DNA of 64,000 bases from a virus (Duplodnaviria > Caudoviricetes), in the IMG/VR virus record IMGVR_UViG_3300012971_000020, positions 6,928-70,927 of that record. One strand, 5' to 3'. The notes under the pieces were generated by a model. The model saw only the letters and a program-made list of their open reading frames with translations. It was not told the origin of the DNA and did no database searches. Positions 27,939 to 37,254 of this stretch are shown piece by piece. The position numbers were made by a program, and so were the translations under genes. Position 1 is the first letter of the stretch. Every line of letters begins with the position of its first letter.

Positions 27939-27940
27939 TA

Positions 27941-28180
27941 CTATACGTGCACTCCCCAGCCGGTGTAGGTGCTCTTGGTGGAGATCATCACCTCGAGGTG
28001 GACCCGACTGATCGACTCGGTGGAGTTCGGCTTAATCAGCGACTCCAGGTGTGCTCGAGACACGACCTCGTTGATGTTGACCTTGAGCAGCGCCTCCAGG
28101 TGCTCCCGGGAAACCACCTCGTTGGGGTTCGGGACCAGCAGCGTCTCGACGTGCTCACGGGAGACTCGTTCCTGGGTCAT
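27941..28180 (-). CDS. Small tandem-repeat protein, 4 x (V/I)SRxH(V/L)Ex(L/M)
   Basis: 79 aa with four ~17-aa repeats; coupled to the upstream structural gene. Confidence 0.6.
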   Translation of the reverse strand: MTQERVSREHVETLLVPNPNEVVSREHLEALLKVNINEVVSRAHLESLIKPNSTESISRVHLEVMISTKSTYTGWGVHV

Positions 28181-29241
28181 ACGACATCGAACCCGGCCTG
28201 CAGTGCGTTCACGTCCGAGACCGTCCAGAGGGCACTGTTGGACGGCTTCACGTAGTAGTTGCCACCCCAGATGGCGGTCCAGGAGCCGGTGACCATGGGC
28301 TGGGAGCTACCGGAGGTGATGGTGCCGCCGGACTCCTTGATCGTGGTCTTGATGTTGGCCGTGCCGGCGTCGGACTTCTGGCAGTACAGCCCCTCCCGGA
28401 TCCCGTAGACCAGGTTGGCGTTGGCCGGCAGGTCGTTCAGGTTGTACAGGTCTCGAGTCCCGGTGGTAGCCGCCGCGGTGGAGACGTAGTCGGTGGTGTT
28501 CACCGGGATCTCGTCCACGGCACCCCAGTTGGGTGCGGTCGATGGCGTCCAGCCGGTGGTGTCACCGGCGGCGGTGGGCACCATGGTGACGATCTTCAGG
28601 TCACCCAGGAAGTCGTTGTTGGGCCGGCCCTGGGTAGCGGTGGCATCGACACCGTCGCAGATGTAGATGTCGTCATAGTTGTTCGCGAACACCCCACCAC
28701 CAGAGAAGAACTTGGTCGAGAGCACGCTGCCGGTGACCGAGGAGGTGGCGATCCCGGACAGGTTCAGTACCTCCTTGTCATCGAGCCGGACTACACAGCT
28801 GCCGGCGGAGGTGTGCAGCACACCCTTCATCGCGTAGTGGTGCCACTCCTGGTAGAAGATCGGCTGGTGTCCAGACGACGTGCCGAGCAGGGTGCCAGTG
28901 GGACTGGTACGTCTGGCTTCGATGAAGCCGGCGGTGTTGACGGTGATGCACAGCTGACAGGTGGGGTTCGCACCCGGGGCATCGGAGCAGAAGCCGATCA
29001 CCAGCGAGTTGGACCCACCCAGTGACCCGGATCCGAAGTAGCAGGCGGTGCCCATGATGCAGGTGGCCGCTGCCGAAGGCAGGTTGATAATCCGTCCGTT
29101 GCCGTTACCCGGACCATTGCCGGCTCCGTTGGAGGAGCCGTCTCGTCCAGTTCCAGCGCCGGACCAGGGGTTGGCCGAGACGTACTCCGGCTTCGGGACC
29201 AGGACGGCATCCTGGAGGCCGTCGAAGAAGAGCAGGGTCAT
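28177..29241 (-). CDS. Virion structural or minor tail protein (LamG-like plus beta domain)
   Basis: Gly/Ser/Thr-rich; YDDIYICDG...FLGD.KIVTMVP...VDEIP...KSDAG pattern seen in tail appendage proteins. Confidence 0.65.
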   Translation of the reverse strand: MTLLFFDGLQDAVLVPKPEYVSANPWSGAGTGRDGSSNGAGNGPGNGNGRIINLPSAAATCIMGTACYFGSGSLGGSNSLVIGFCSDAPGANPTCQLCITVNTAGFIEARRTSPTGTLLGTSSGHQPIFYQEWHHYAMKGVLHTSAGSCVVRLDDKEVLNLSGIATSSVTGSVLSTKFFSGGGVFANNYDDIYICDGVDATATQGRPNNDFLGDLKIVTMVPTAAGDTTGWTPSTAPNWGAVDEIPVNTTDYVSTAAATTGTRDLYNLNDLPANANLVYGIREGLYCQKSDAGTANIKTTIKESGGTITSGSSQPMVTGSWTAIWGGNYYVKPSNSALWTVSDVNALQAGFDVV

Positions 29242-30503
29242 GTCGCCACCACCTGGACGGTCAGATCGCTGCCGGCGGTCGAGGATCCGATCTGAGCCAC
29301 GGTCACGGTCAGGTACTCACCGCTTGCCCAGGAGGTCACCGCGGGCGTTCCGGTGGCCGTGTTGGACCCGGCAGCGATGCTCGGACGGCCGGTGCCCCCG
29401 GTGAAGATGGTGGTCCCGTTCTTCAGCACGTCCACGATCACCGCCGAGCCGGCTGGAGCAGCACCGACCGAGGCTCGGACCGCACTGATCGTCCTCGAAG
29501 CACCGGTGTCGTTGTACATCCGAGCGGTCCCGGTGGTCACCGTCAGACCGCCGCTTACTCCCCACAGATAGGTGGTCGGACCGGCTGGTCCGTTCGCTCC
29601 CTTCAGGGAGGAGATCATCACCGGCCAGAGCACTCCGGACCCGGGAGTGAAGGACAGGTCCAGGCCGTAGTTGGGACCGGTCGCCCCACCGGTGGGCGGA
29701 TAGACCCCGATCCCGGTGGAGTTGTACCAGTTCTGGACCGGAGTGATGTCGGTGGTACCGGCCACTGTGGAGCTGTTGTAGCCGAACCCGACGCCGTTGC
29801 AGTCGTAGGCGATCACCACGTTCTCACCCACGGTCACGGTGTGCGGGGTGATCGGTACCTCCTCCCAGCCCACCGGGTGTCCGGCCTCGCTGCTGGTGGC
29901 CGAGGTGATCAGAGTGCCGGTGGAGGTGTAGAGCCGGACCGCTCGCGAGGTGACCGAAGTGTCGGCCCGGTAGAACCGGATCGCGGTGACGGTGCCGATC
30001 ACGTTGAACTGACACTGGGTGCCGAAGCTGTAGGTACCGGATCCGGCTCCGGGTGGAGTGACCACGGTGTAGATGTGCTCCGCAGCCGGGATGCCGCTGG
30101 CCTTCGGGCCGTACTCGGTGGTGCTCACGGTGTCGATGTAGAAGTCACCCGGGTTGCCGGTTCCCGTGCTCGGAGCTCCGATACCGGCGAGAGTGAGGTT
30201 GCCCTGGGGACCGGTGGCACCGGCCAGACCGGTGGGTCCGATAGGCCCTTGTGGTCCAGTGACGCCGGCTACGCCCTGGATTCCCTGGATCCCTTGCGGT
30301 CCCGGTGGTCCATTAGGGCCGATCGGACCGGGAATGCCGGCCTGTCCGGGAACACCGACCAGGACACTGGGCTCCTGGGTGTAGACCGTGGCACTGCCTA
30401 CCGGTACCTCGACGGTGACATCACTGACGTTGGCCGAGGCGAACTTCTGGACCGTGCCCAGGTCCAGGTCCAGGTTGATCACCTCGACCGGATCGACACT
30501 CAT
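29238..30503 (-). CDS. Collagen-repeat tail fibre-like protein with DUF4082-like domain
   Basis: GxY repeats; G.VTAIRFY...VRLY..TG.L...GW.EVPIT; C-terminal [25 protein letters not shown]. Confidence 0.75.
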   Translation of the reverse strand: MSVDPVEVINLDLDLGTVQKFASANVSDVTVEVPVGSATVYTQEPSVLVGVPGQAGIPGPIGPNGPPGPQGIQGIQGVAGVTGPQGPIGPTGLAGATGPQGNLTLAGIGAPSTGTGNPGDFYIDTVSTTEYGPKASGIPAAEHIYTVVTPPGAGSGTYSFGTQCQFNVIGTVTAIRFYRADTSVTSRAVRLYTSTGTLITSATSSEAGHPVGWEEVPITPHTVTVGENVVIAYDCNGVGFGYNSSTVAGTTDITPVQNWYNSTGIGVYPPTGGATGPNYGLDLSFTPGSGVLWPVMISSLKGANGPAGPTTYLWGVSGGLTVTTGTARMYNDTGASRTISAVRASVGAAPAGSAVIVDVLKNGTTIFTGGTGRPSIAAGSNTATGTPAVTSWASGEYLTVTVAQIGSSTAGSDLTVQVVAT

Positions 30504-30868
30504 GGACGGGTCACATCCAGCTCAGCTGCGAACGAGCCGGCGATCACGGTCCACGGATCACCACCACCACCATCGTTGAGCTGCAGGTCCCAGACCCCCT
30601 TCTGGGTCTCGTTGGAGCCCAGCCAGGTGGTCACTGCTGGTCCCGGCCACTTCACCTGACAGATCCCGTTGGTGGCATCCAGGATGGTGATCACCGCATC
30701 CAGGTGAGCCACGTCGGGTGGAGAGGTACGAGCCTGAGCGGTGATGGTGTACCCGGTCAGGTCGACCGCGATCCCGCCGGCTCGGATGGTGAGCTGGAAC
30801 TGGTTCCGGTCGCCGGCTCGGACTCCAGCGAGGTCCACGGGAGCCGGGGAGAGATCGATCTCCGCCAT
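30500..30868 (-). CDS. Tail fibre adaptor-like beta-sandwich protein
   Basis: RAGD..QFQLTI...[13 protein letters not shown]...GVWDLQL pattern; similar to 45718..46104. Confidence 0.6.
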   Translation of the reverse strand: MAEIDLSPAPVDLAGVRAGDRNQFQLTIRAGGIAVDLTGYTITAQARTSPPDVAHLDAVITILDATNGICQVKWPGPAVTTWLGSNETQKGVWDLQLNDGGGGDPWTVIAGSFAAELDVTRP

Positions 30869-30912
30869 GCCACCAGCCTATGAAGGGACTCCATCCATAC
30901 CGTGGGAGTGAG

Positions 30913-31158
30913 ATGGCAGCCTGGAAGGACAAGTCCACCGGTGAGCAGCTGGTCCTGTTGATCGCGTTCACCGTCTGCGGCTATGTGGTCGTGGTCGGGA
31001 TGACTCTGGTGTTCCTGGCGATCTTTAGGCCCAGTGACTCAACTTCTAACGCAGCGAAGTCGATCGCGGGCATCATCAACACACTGATCGGTCTGCTCGC
31101 CGGCTTCCTGGCCGGAAGGACCGAGCTGAGGACTCGAGACAGGGATGGCGAAGGGTAA
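30913..31158 (+). CDS. Two-TM membrane protein
   Basis: Two hydrophobic helices, 81 aa. Confidence 0.65.
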   Translation: MAAWKDKSTGEQLVLLIAFTVCGYVVVVGMTLVFLAIFRPSDSTSNAAKSIAGIINTLIGLLAGFLAGRTELRTRDRDGEG

Positions 31159-31756
31159 GACATCGGTGCTGGGAGTGCTGGCTTATGGGGCGTCAGCTCT
31201 ACTCGTCCTGGGTGGAGTCACCTTCGCCACCGTCGCTCCGAGTCTCTCCTCCGGTGAGGCGGCGCAGGTACCCGCTACCTCGAGTCCTACGGGGTCTGGT
31301 TCCAGTACTGGACCAGCTGGGCCACCAGGACCGACAGGACCCAGAGGACCAAGAGGGCACTCAGGCCCGCCAGGACGAACAGGATCACCAGGACAGCGAG
31401 GTCAGACAGGCGTAGCTGGTGCCACGGGCCAACCAGGAACCACAGGATCACCAGGTCAGCCAGGAGGAGCAGGACCACGAGGCCAATCAGGAGCTCGGGG
31501 TCCACAAGGCCAGCGTGGGGCCGATGGCAAGCCAGGGAAGGACGGGAAGACCGGTCCTCGAGGTCCGAGAGGAGTACCAGGACCACCTGGACCCTCCGGT
31601 GCACCTGGATCGGTGGGGCCGTCCGGTGCTCCTGGTACCCCCGGTCCTACGTGCCCACCTGGTTACACCGGTATGCAGCTGGGTGTGCACGAGCGTGATC
31701 CCACCGACCAGACGATCACGATCTTCGCCTGTGTTCTCGATGGTCAGGTGCCGTGA
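31145..31756 (+). CDS. Membrane-anchored collagen-like protein
   Basis: N-terminal TM or signal, long G-x-y run, C-terminal Cys pair. Confidence 0.75.
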   Translation: MAKGKTSVLGVLAYGASALLVLGGVTFATVAPSLSSGEAAQVPATSSPTGSGSSTGPAGPPGPTGPRGPRGHSGPPGRTGSPGQRGQTGVAGATGQPGTTGSPGQPGGAGPRGQSGARGPQGQRGADGKPGKDGKTGPRGPRGVPGPPGPSGAPGSVGPSGAPGTPGPTCPPGYTGMQLGVHERDPTDQTITIFACVLDGQVP

Positions 31757-32010
31757 GGCGGCAGCTCCCCTTCGCTCCGGCTGGGGCCTCCGCTACGGGG
31801 GCTTCCGCCGCCGAAGGCACAACGAATCATCTATATATGGAGTTAAGGCGCGCGCGCGCGAGGCTCCATGCCCTGCAGGTCACTCACGGAGCACTATGGT
31901 CTCTGACCTAGGAACCGCTTAGGGCGTTCTGGTAGTCACCCGGTTGTCCTGTACGCCTGGTATCACAGAGCCAGGCCTGGCCTCTGGTCCGAGTGCGGAG
32001 AAGGTGGTGG
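31757..32010. other. Non-coding region, candidate replication origin
   Basis: GC hairpin 31757-31813, AT-rich aatcatctatatatggagttaa, alternating GC run 31848-31860; lies upstream of the helicase/primase operon. Confidence 0.3.
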
Positions 32011-32133
32011 ATGAACTACCATCGACACCGCGACACTGACATCGCGACCGTAGCCCTCGTCATCGGGGGCTGCAAGAGGCCCCGGGGTCCAGCCGACCGG
32101 CCGGGGCCTCTTTTATGTCCTGAACCCGGGTAG
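32011..32133 (+). CDS. Putative 40-aa leader peptide overlapping a terminator
   Basis: ggagaaggtgg SD; MNYHRHRDTDIATVALVIGGCKR... Confidence 0.35.
   Translation: MNYHRHRDTDIATVALVIGGCKRPRGPADRPGPLLCPEPG
32074..32114 (+). terminator. Intrinsic terminator
   Basis: 12-bp stem aagaggccccgg/ccggggcctctt followed by TTATGTCC. Confidence 0.75.
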
Positions 32134-32213
32134 TACAGACCGATCTTCGTGACAGAACGAACCCGCACCCAGATGTGGTTTCGGGCTCACCCCAACGGGC
32201 GTACGTTGCCAGG

Positions 32214-32576
32214 ATGCCGACGGTCTGGATGCGTGCCGATCCCAAGCACCGCCGGCGTTTCCACCGCACCCCCGACTGCCACCAGCTGACCAAGGGCGTG
32301 GCCAAGGGTGAGGATCATCAGCTGCTCCAGCTGGACCTGACGCAGTGCCAGGCTCGTCCCTGCGCCACCTGCTATCCCGACGCGCCTCGAGTCAAGATGC
32401 GGCATCCGTACTGCCCCATCTGCGAGTCGACCTACGCCTGCCGGCACAACGGCGGAGTGGAGGTGGTGCTGCCCGATGGGCGTCACCGATACCTCTGGCC
32501 GGACAGCAACCAGATGCCGTACTACAGACATGTAATACAAGAGCAGGCATTGCAGGACAAGCCAGCTACCACATAG
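32214..32576 (+). CDS. Hypothetical Zn-binding protein
   Basis: FHRTPDC...PCATC...CPIC; TACGTT 6 nt before the ATG (leaderless). Confidence 0.65.
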   Translation: MPTVWMRADPKHRRRFHRTPDCHQLTKGVAKGEDHQLLQLDLTQCQARPCATCYPDAPRVKMRHPYCPICESTYACRHNGGVEVVLPDGRHRYLWPDSNQMPYYRHVIQEQALQDKPATT

Positions 32577-32579
32577 AGT
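32550..32579 (+). promoter_or_regulatory. Putative promoter for the helicase operon
   Basis: TTGCAG-18 nt-TAGAGT. Confidence 0.45.
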
Positions 32580-32628
32580 GAGCAGTTCCCGGACGAGCGT
32601 GTGAGACGAGCACACGAAGGGACCAACC

Positions 32629-33933
32629 ATGGCAGGAGCCTCGGCTGAGGCATTGCTGATCTCAGCCCTGATCAACACCGGTACGGTCGGTGCTGAGTGC
32701 CAGTACGGCATCAGCGCCGCGGACTTCGTCGGCTACTCCGAGGAGTACAACTGGCTGGTCAACTACCTGGAGACCTACGGCGAGCAGCCCTCGGCCCCGG
32801 TGTTCGCGGTGAAGTTCCCCGGCTTCCCGGGCAGCGAGCACGCCAACGTGCGCTCGGCAGCCCAGGCGGTGCACGACGGGGTGAACCGCAGGCGGATGGC
32901 CACCGCGGTCACCGAGGCCACCCAGATGATCGCCCTGGACCAACTGGATGCGGCCTACGACCTGCTGAAGAACTCCCAGCCCCGGAGTGCGGCACCGCTA
33001 CCTCGAGCACTGCTCACCGATGCCACTCATCTGGACGAGTGGCACGCCCGGCATCGGTCGATCGAGTTGCCCTACCCCACCCTGCAGCGGCACACCGGCG
33101 GGATCCGCGCCGGCAACCTGTGGTACGTCGCGGGTCGGCCCGGCCAGGGCAAGTCCGCGCACCTGTCGAACTTCGGCCAGCACGGGGTGCTGACCGGCAA
33201 CCGGGTGTTGATGTACAGCCTGGAGATGAGCATCGAAGAGGTCCGGGCCAGGTTCCACGCCAGCCTCGGTCAGGCGATGGGCTACAAGGCGCTGACCCTG
33301 ACCAACCTGCGCGACCGGGTGGTCGACGAGGCCATGTACCGGCGGTTCATGGACGAGCTCTCAGAACGCCTTCTGACGGCCGGAGGATGCCTGGACGTAC
33401 ACACACCCGCCGACGGTCCTGTGAGCCCCTCAGTGGTGGCCTCCAGGGCCTCTGAGTACGACCTGGTGATCATCGACTACGTCTCCCTGATGGCTGCCGA
33501 CGGTGGTGGCTCGGCGGTGGACGACTGGCGGGTGCTGGCCAAGATCAGCAACAGCCTGAAGCAGATTGCTCTAGCACAGAAGTGCGCATTGCTCTGCGCG
33601 GCCCAGATCAATCGCGACGGGGACACCGGCAGCGCTCCCCCGAAGCTGAAGAACCTGGCCCAGTCCGATGCCCTGGGTCAGGACGGCGACGTGGTGCTGA
33701 CCATGCGCAGCAAGCCGCACGACGTGGCCACCGCGTTCAGCATCGAGAAGAACCGGCACGGCACCTCCGGCATCCACTTCCACACCACCTTCGACCCCAA
33801 CCACGGCCGGTATGAGGAGATCACCGCGGACGCCGCGGAGGACCTGGTGATCAACGCCGAGGTGATGGCCGAGGACGGCCCCACGATCCCCCACCCGAAA
33901 CTGCGGGTGATCAAGAGCAAGGACGAGCTATGA
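32629..33933 (+). CDS. dnaB: Replicative DNA helicase (DnaB family)
   Basis: GRPGQGKS, YSLEM, IIDYVSLM, AQINR, IEKNRHG motifs. Confidence 0.92.
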   Translation: MAGASAEALLISALINTGTVGAECQYGISAADFVGYSEEYNWLVNYLETYGEQPSAPVFAVKFPGFPGSEHANVRSAAQAVHDGVNRRRMATAVTEATQMIALDQLDAAYDLLKNSQPRSAAPLPRALLTDATHLDEWHARHRSIELPYPTLQRHTGGIRAGNLWYVAGRPGQGKSAHLSNFGQHGVLTGNRVLMYSLEMSIEEVRARFHASLGQAMGYKALTLTNLRDRVVDEAMYRRFMDELSERLLTAGGCLDVHTPADGPVSPSVVASRASEYDLVIIDYVSLMAADGGGSAVDDWRVLAKISNSLKQIALAQKCALLCAAQINRDGDTGSAPPKLKNLAQSDALGQDGDVVLTMRSKPHDVATAFSIEKNRHGTSGIHFHTTFDPNHGRYEEITADAAEDLVINAEVMAEDGPTIPHPKLRVIKSKDEL

Positions 33934-34064
33934 GCATGACCATCCCCAAGCCGAGGGTGCAGATGCCGATCAGCCACTACCTGTGGCTGGGCATCACCCG
34001 GTTCAAGTGCATCGAGCCGCACTGCGACGGCAAGCACCATGTGTGGTGCTCATGCGGGCACTGA
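33930..34064 (+). CDS. Small Cys/His protein (44 aa)
   Basis: ATGA coupling; C..HC..KHH..CSCGH. Confidence 0.4.
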   Translation: MSMTIPKPRVQMPISHYLWLGITRFKCIEPHCDGKHHVWCSCGH

Positions 34065-34879
34065 CCCTGAGCGAGGCGCTGCGCTACGGGCACGGGGTGG
34101 AACGTCCCTTCCTGTGCCCGGAGCACGGTGACTCGAGACCCAGCGCGAGCGTGAACATCGTCAAGGGCGTGTGGTACTGCTACACCTGCCATGCGCACGG
34201 TGACCTGACCGGTGAGGCGAAGCTGGCCGAGCCCGACTACGGGCAGATGGGTCTGTGGATCGACCACAAGCTGAACGGGCACACCACCTACCCCGAGTCC
34301 TGGCTGAACCAGTACGACGCCGGCCCGGTGCATCCCTACTGGCTGGAGCGGGTAGGCGAGTCAGCCGCCCGCGAGTTCAGACTGGGCTATGACCCGCTGG
34401 CAGACGCCGTCACCTACCCGCTCAGAGACGCCTCCGGCCAGGCCATGGGGGTGGTCCGACGGAGCCTGGGGGATGTAGGTCCGAAGTACCGATACCCAGC
34501 CGGCGTCGACGTAGGGCATCTCCTGTTCCATTACACCCCAGACCACCGCGATGCGGTGGTGTTGTGCGAGGGCGCGTTGGATGCGATCGCCCTGTGGAAC
34601 GTGGGGATCGACGCCTTCGCCATCTACGGATCACGCCTCTCCGAGTACCAGGTCGAGCTGATCGACAAGATCGATCCGGTCAGCGTCTACACCTGCTACG
34701 ACCTGGACAACGCCGGCTGGCAGGCGCACCGGGAGACCGACAAGCTGCTCCGCGGACGGCTGGTGGTCCGGCTGACCTGGCCCAAGCACTGGGGCAAGGA
34801 CATCGACGAAGTCAGTGAAGGTCATCGGCGTGTTGTAGTCAAAGGTCTGGTCTCGTCGGGTCTCGCGTGTATAGAGTGA
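34052..34879 (+). CDS. dnaG: DNA primase (Zn-finger plus TOPRIM)
   Basis: CPEHGDSRPS...WYCYTC; VLCEGALDA; CYDLDNAG. Confidence 0.88.
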   Translation: MRALTLSEALRYGHGVERPFLCPEHGDSRPSASVNIVKGVWYCYTCHAHGDLTGEAKLAEPDYGQMGLWIDHKLNGHTTYPESWLNQYDAGPVHPYWLERVGESAAREFRLGYDPLADAVTYPLRDASGQAMGVVRRSLGDVGPKYRYPAGVDVGHLLFHYTPDHRDAVVLCEGALDAIALWNVGIDAFAIYGSRLSEYQVELIDKIDPVSVYTCYDLDNAGWQAHRETDKLLRGRLVVRLTWPKHWGKDIDEVSEGHRRVVVKGLVSSGLACIE

Positions 34880-34883
34880 CTGC

Positions 34884-35249
34884 ATGCCAGAGGACTACGA
34901 GTACGAATCGGGGCACAAGACCCCGAGGGAGAAGCAACAGCAGGTTCTGACGGCTCTCGCTCGAGTGGGCCGTGCCGGCCTCACCTCGCGCGAGTTCGCG
35001 AAGATCATGACGCCCGGTGACGAGTCGGCGGTCAACGGCTGGGGATCAGCGTTCTCGGTGCTGCACAAGCAGGAGCACCTGATCGTGGCCCTGGCCGAGC
35101 GCCGCGAGGATCACCACGTCTACGTGATGCCCGAGTACATCGACGACCGGCTGACCTGGCCGGGCTATGAGCACAAGGGCACGGGAGCGCCGTGGGTGAT
35201 CGTCCGGGAGATCCACTGCAAGACGTGCACCTGCAACCAGGAGAACTGA
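34884..35249 (+). CDS. Hypothetical protein (wHTH-like)
   Basis: GLTSREFA...AFSVLHK...YVMPEY; TAGAGT 6 nt before the ATG. Confidence 0.6.
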   Translation: MPEDYEYESGHKTPREKQQQVLTALARVGRAGLTSREFAKIMTPGDESAVNGWGSAFSVLHKQEHLIVALAERREDHHVYVMPEYIDDRLTWPGYEHKGTGAPWVIVREIHCKTCTCNQEN

Positions 35250-35629
35250 TGGACAACCCGTTGGTAGATGACTACCTCGAGGCCAGGCGGGAGCGTGATC
35301 GTGCCGTGGCCCGGTACGAGGAAGCCTCCGCCCGGCTGATCAAGCAGATGGAGGCCGACCAGCGGAAGAGCTTCCGGTGGCAGGCAGATGGCCACGCTCA
35401 GACGCTGACCTACGTGCAGAACCGCACGACGGTGGTCGACGAGCCCGGTCTGCGCAAGGCACTGACTGCGAAGGTGTTCGACCGGTACACGAAGCGGGTG
35501 ATGGATCGGAAGCTGATGGAGGCCGCGCTGGACGCCGGTGACGTGGACTACAAGGTGTTCGCGAAGTACGCCCAGATCAAGCCCAGCAAGCCGTTCCTGA
35601 AGTACTCGACGAAGGACGCCGATGAGTAG
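35249..35629 (+). CDS. Hypothetical coiled-coil protein (Gam/Gp157-like, weak)
   Basis: N-terminal coiled coil plus beta region; replication context. Confidence 0.55.
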   Translation: MDNPLVDDYLEARRERDRAVARYEEASARLIKQMEADQRKSFRWQADGHAQTLTYVQNRTTVVDEPGLRKALTAKVFDRYTKRVMDRKLMEAALDAGDVDYKVFAKYAQIKPSKPFLKYSTKDADE

Positions 35630-35849
35630 TCCGAGCATGGGCCGAGTGGTGCACTACCGCTCCTACGGCAGCAAGGACGGCCGGTACGAGCCGGCCTGCC
35701 GGGCGGCGATGGTGACCGAGGTCCACGATGACGAGGAGGTCGGGCTCGTCACCTTCAACCCGACCGGGATCTTCTTCGACCGGCGTGTCCGGCACGACGA
35801 GGATCAGGACCCAGGAACCTGGCACTGGCCAGAGACGGTAGGAGACTAA
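35622..35849 (+). CDS. Conserved hypothetical phage protein
   Basis: PSMGRVVHY...RAAMVT.V...FNPTG...GTWHWPE. Confidence 0.65.
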   Translation: MSSPSMGRVVHYRSYGSKDGRYEPACRAAMVTEVHDDEEVGLVTFNPTGIFFDRRVRHDEDQDPGTWHWPETVGD

Positions 35850-36157
35850 TGGCCAAGATCGTGGATGCCAGCGAGGTCAAGAGGACCACGCGCAAGGCAC
35901 CGGCGACCCGGATGATCGAGTCGTTGCCGCCTGGTCACATGACCGCGCGTCAGGTGGCGGAGAAGTTCGACGTGAATATCGAGACGATCCGTCGGTTGTC
36001 GCGCGCCAAGACCCCGGACGGCAAGGACAAGTTCCACGCGCCGTCCAAGGCAGTCCAGGCCGGCGAGCTGGTCATCTGGGTCTACACCCCCGATGACGTG
36101 GACGAGCTGGCGGAGTACTTCGGGGAGGCCCCCGGGAAGACGAGGAAGCGTTCGTGA
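35849..36157 (+). CDS. HTH DNA-binding protein (MerR/excisionase-like)
   Basis: MTARQVAEKFDVNIETIRRL...WVYTPDDV. Confidence 0.7.
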   Translation: MAKIVDASEVKRTTRKAPATRMIESLPPGHMTARQVAEKFDVNIETIRRLSRAKTPDGKDKFHAPSKAVQAGELVIWVYTPDDVDELAEYFGEAPGKTRKRS

Positions 36158-36399
36158 AGGTAGAGCCAACCATGAAGGGAGACACGTCCTACGTCCTGTT
36201 CACCGGCGACACGATCACCTGTGGGGTCACCCACCAGATCGATGTCGGTCGGGACAGGTCGTGGGTCAAGTACGAGGCGACCACCAAGGTCCAGCCTGGT
36301 GAGAGTGCAAACGACGCAGAGACACGGGCCATCGGCCACGTCAACGAAGCCGTCATGGAAGCAGTACTCAGAACAGTCGAGAGTGTGAGGAACGCCTGA
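36154..36399 (+). CDS. Hypothetical protein
   Basis: Operonic. Confidence 0.55.
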   Translation: MKVEPTMKGDTSYVLFTGDTITCGVTHQIDVGRDRSWVKYEATTKVQPGESANDAETRAIGHVNEAVMEAVLRTVESVRNA

Positions 36400-37151
36400 T
36401 GCAGTTCGGAAAGAGCAAGGAAGAGATCAACGAGCAGATCCCCAGTGGTGGTGGCGACTTCATGCGCTACCTCAAGGACGGGGACACGACCTTCCGCATC
36501 CTGCAGGAGGTCCCGGAGTGGAAGTACTTCGCGGAGCACTTCAACCCCAACGGCTACTCGTTCCCCTGCAACATGCAGGAGGACTGCCCGGGGTGTACCA
36601 GTGACAACGAGAAGATGAGCAAGCGGCAGAAGCGGGCCGCGTTCAACGTGCTTCAGTCCGCGCAGGGCCAGGACTACGTCAACGTCTACAAGGTCGCGAT
36701 CACCGTCGCGGACAAGCTGGAGAACCGGTACAACCGGCTGCAGACGATCACCGACCGGGACTACACGATCACCCGGTACAAGACCAGCGGTGACCGGTAC
36801 GACTTCGACGTGGAGGGTGGCATGTCCACGCCGGTGGACCTGAGCAAGTACGAGCTCAAGGACGTGGAGGCGATGCTGGCCCAGCAGTGGGAGGACTCCT
36901 GGGGCAACGGCCAGCAGGCCCAGGCCAATCGTCAGGGGCTCGAGCAGCCGCGGCGTGGTGCGATGGTGATCAGCCGCGAGCAGCCCGAGGATCCCCCTTT
37001 TAAGGAGCAGGTCGTCAGGGAGGCCGACCTGCGCCAGATGAGCAAGGAAGACCTCCTGCTGCTGATCAAGAAGGACATGGGTGCTGCTCCGCCCGAGTCC
37101 CTGAGCACGGTCAACGAGATCGTCGACTGGCTGATCGGGCTGCAGCCCTGA
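36399..37151 (+). CDS. Single-stranded DNA-binding protein (gp32-like)
   Basis: FMRYLKDGDTTFRIL...EHF...PC...CPGC...RDYTITR pattern; replication context. Confidence 0.7.
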   Translation: MQFGKSKEEINEQIPSGGGDFMRYLKDGDTTFRILQEVPEWKYFAEHFNPNGYSFPCNMQEDCPGCTSDNEKMSKRQKRAAFNVLQSAQGQDYVNVYKVAITVADKLENRYNRLQTITDRDYTITRYKTSGDRYDFDVEGGMSTPVDLSKYELKDVEAMLAQQWEDSWGNGQQAQANRQGLEQPRRGAMVISREQPEDPPFKEQVVREADLRQMSKEDLLLLIKKDMGAAPPESLSTVNEIVDWLIGLQP

Positions 37152-37157
37152 GTGGAC

Positions 37158-37195
37158 GCGAGCGGGGCCCGAGCCCCCGTTAAGGCCCCGCTCGC
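37158..37195. terminator. GC-rich hairpin (terminator or processing site)
   Basis: 12-bp stem gcgagcggggcc/ggccccgctcgc. Confidence 0.5.
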
Positions 37196-37254
37196 CCCTC
37201 CCCCCGGCTCCATCTGTAGATGAAACGACCCACCATGAGGAACGTGACGCGGGA

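Noticed and set aside
36166-36179. CCAACCATGAAGGG as another early RBS tag
   Set aside because: The ATG within it is probably the start codon itself and no downstream start follows at SD distance.
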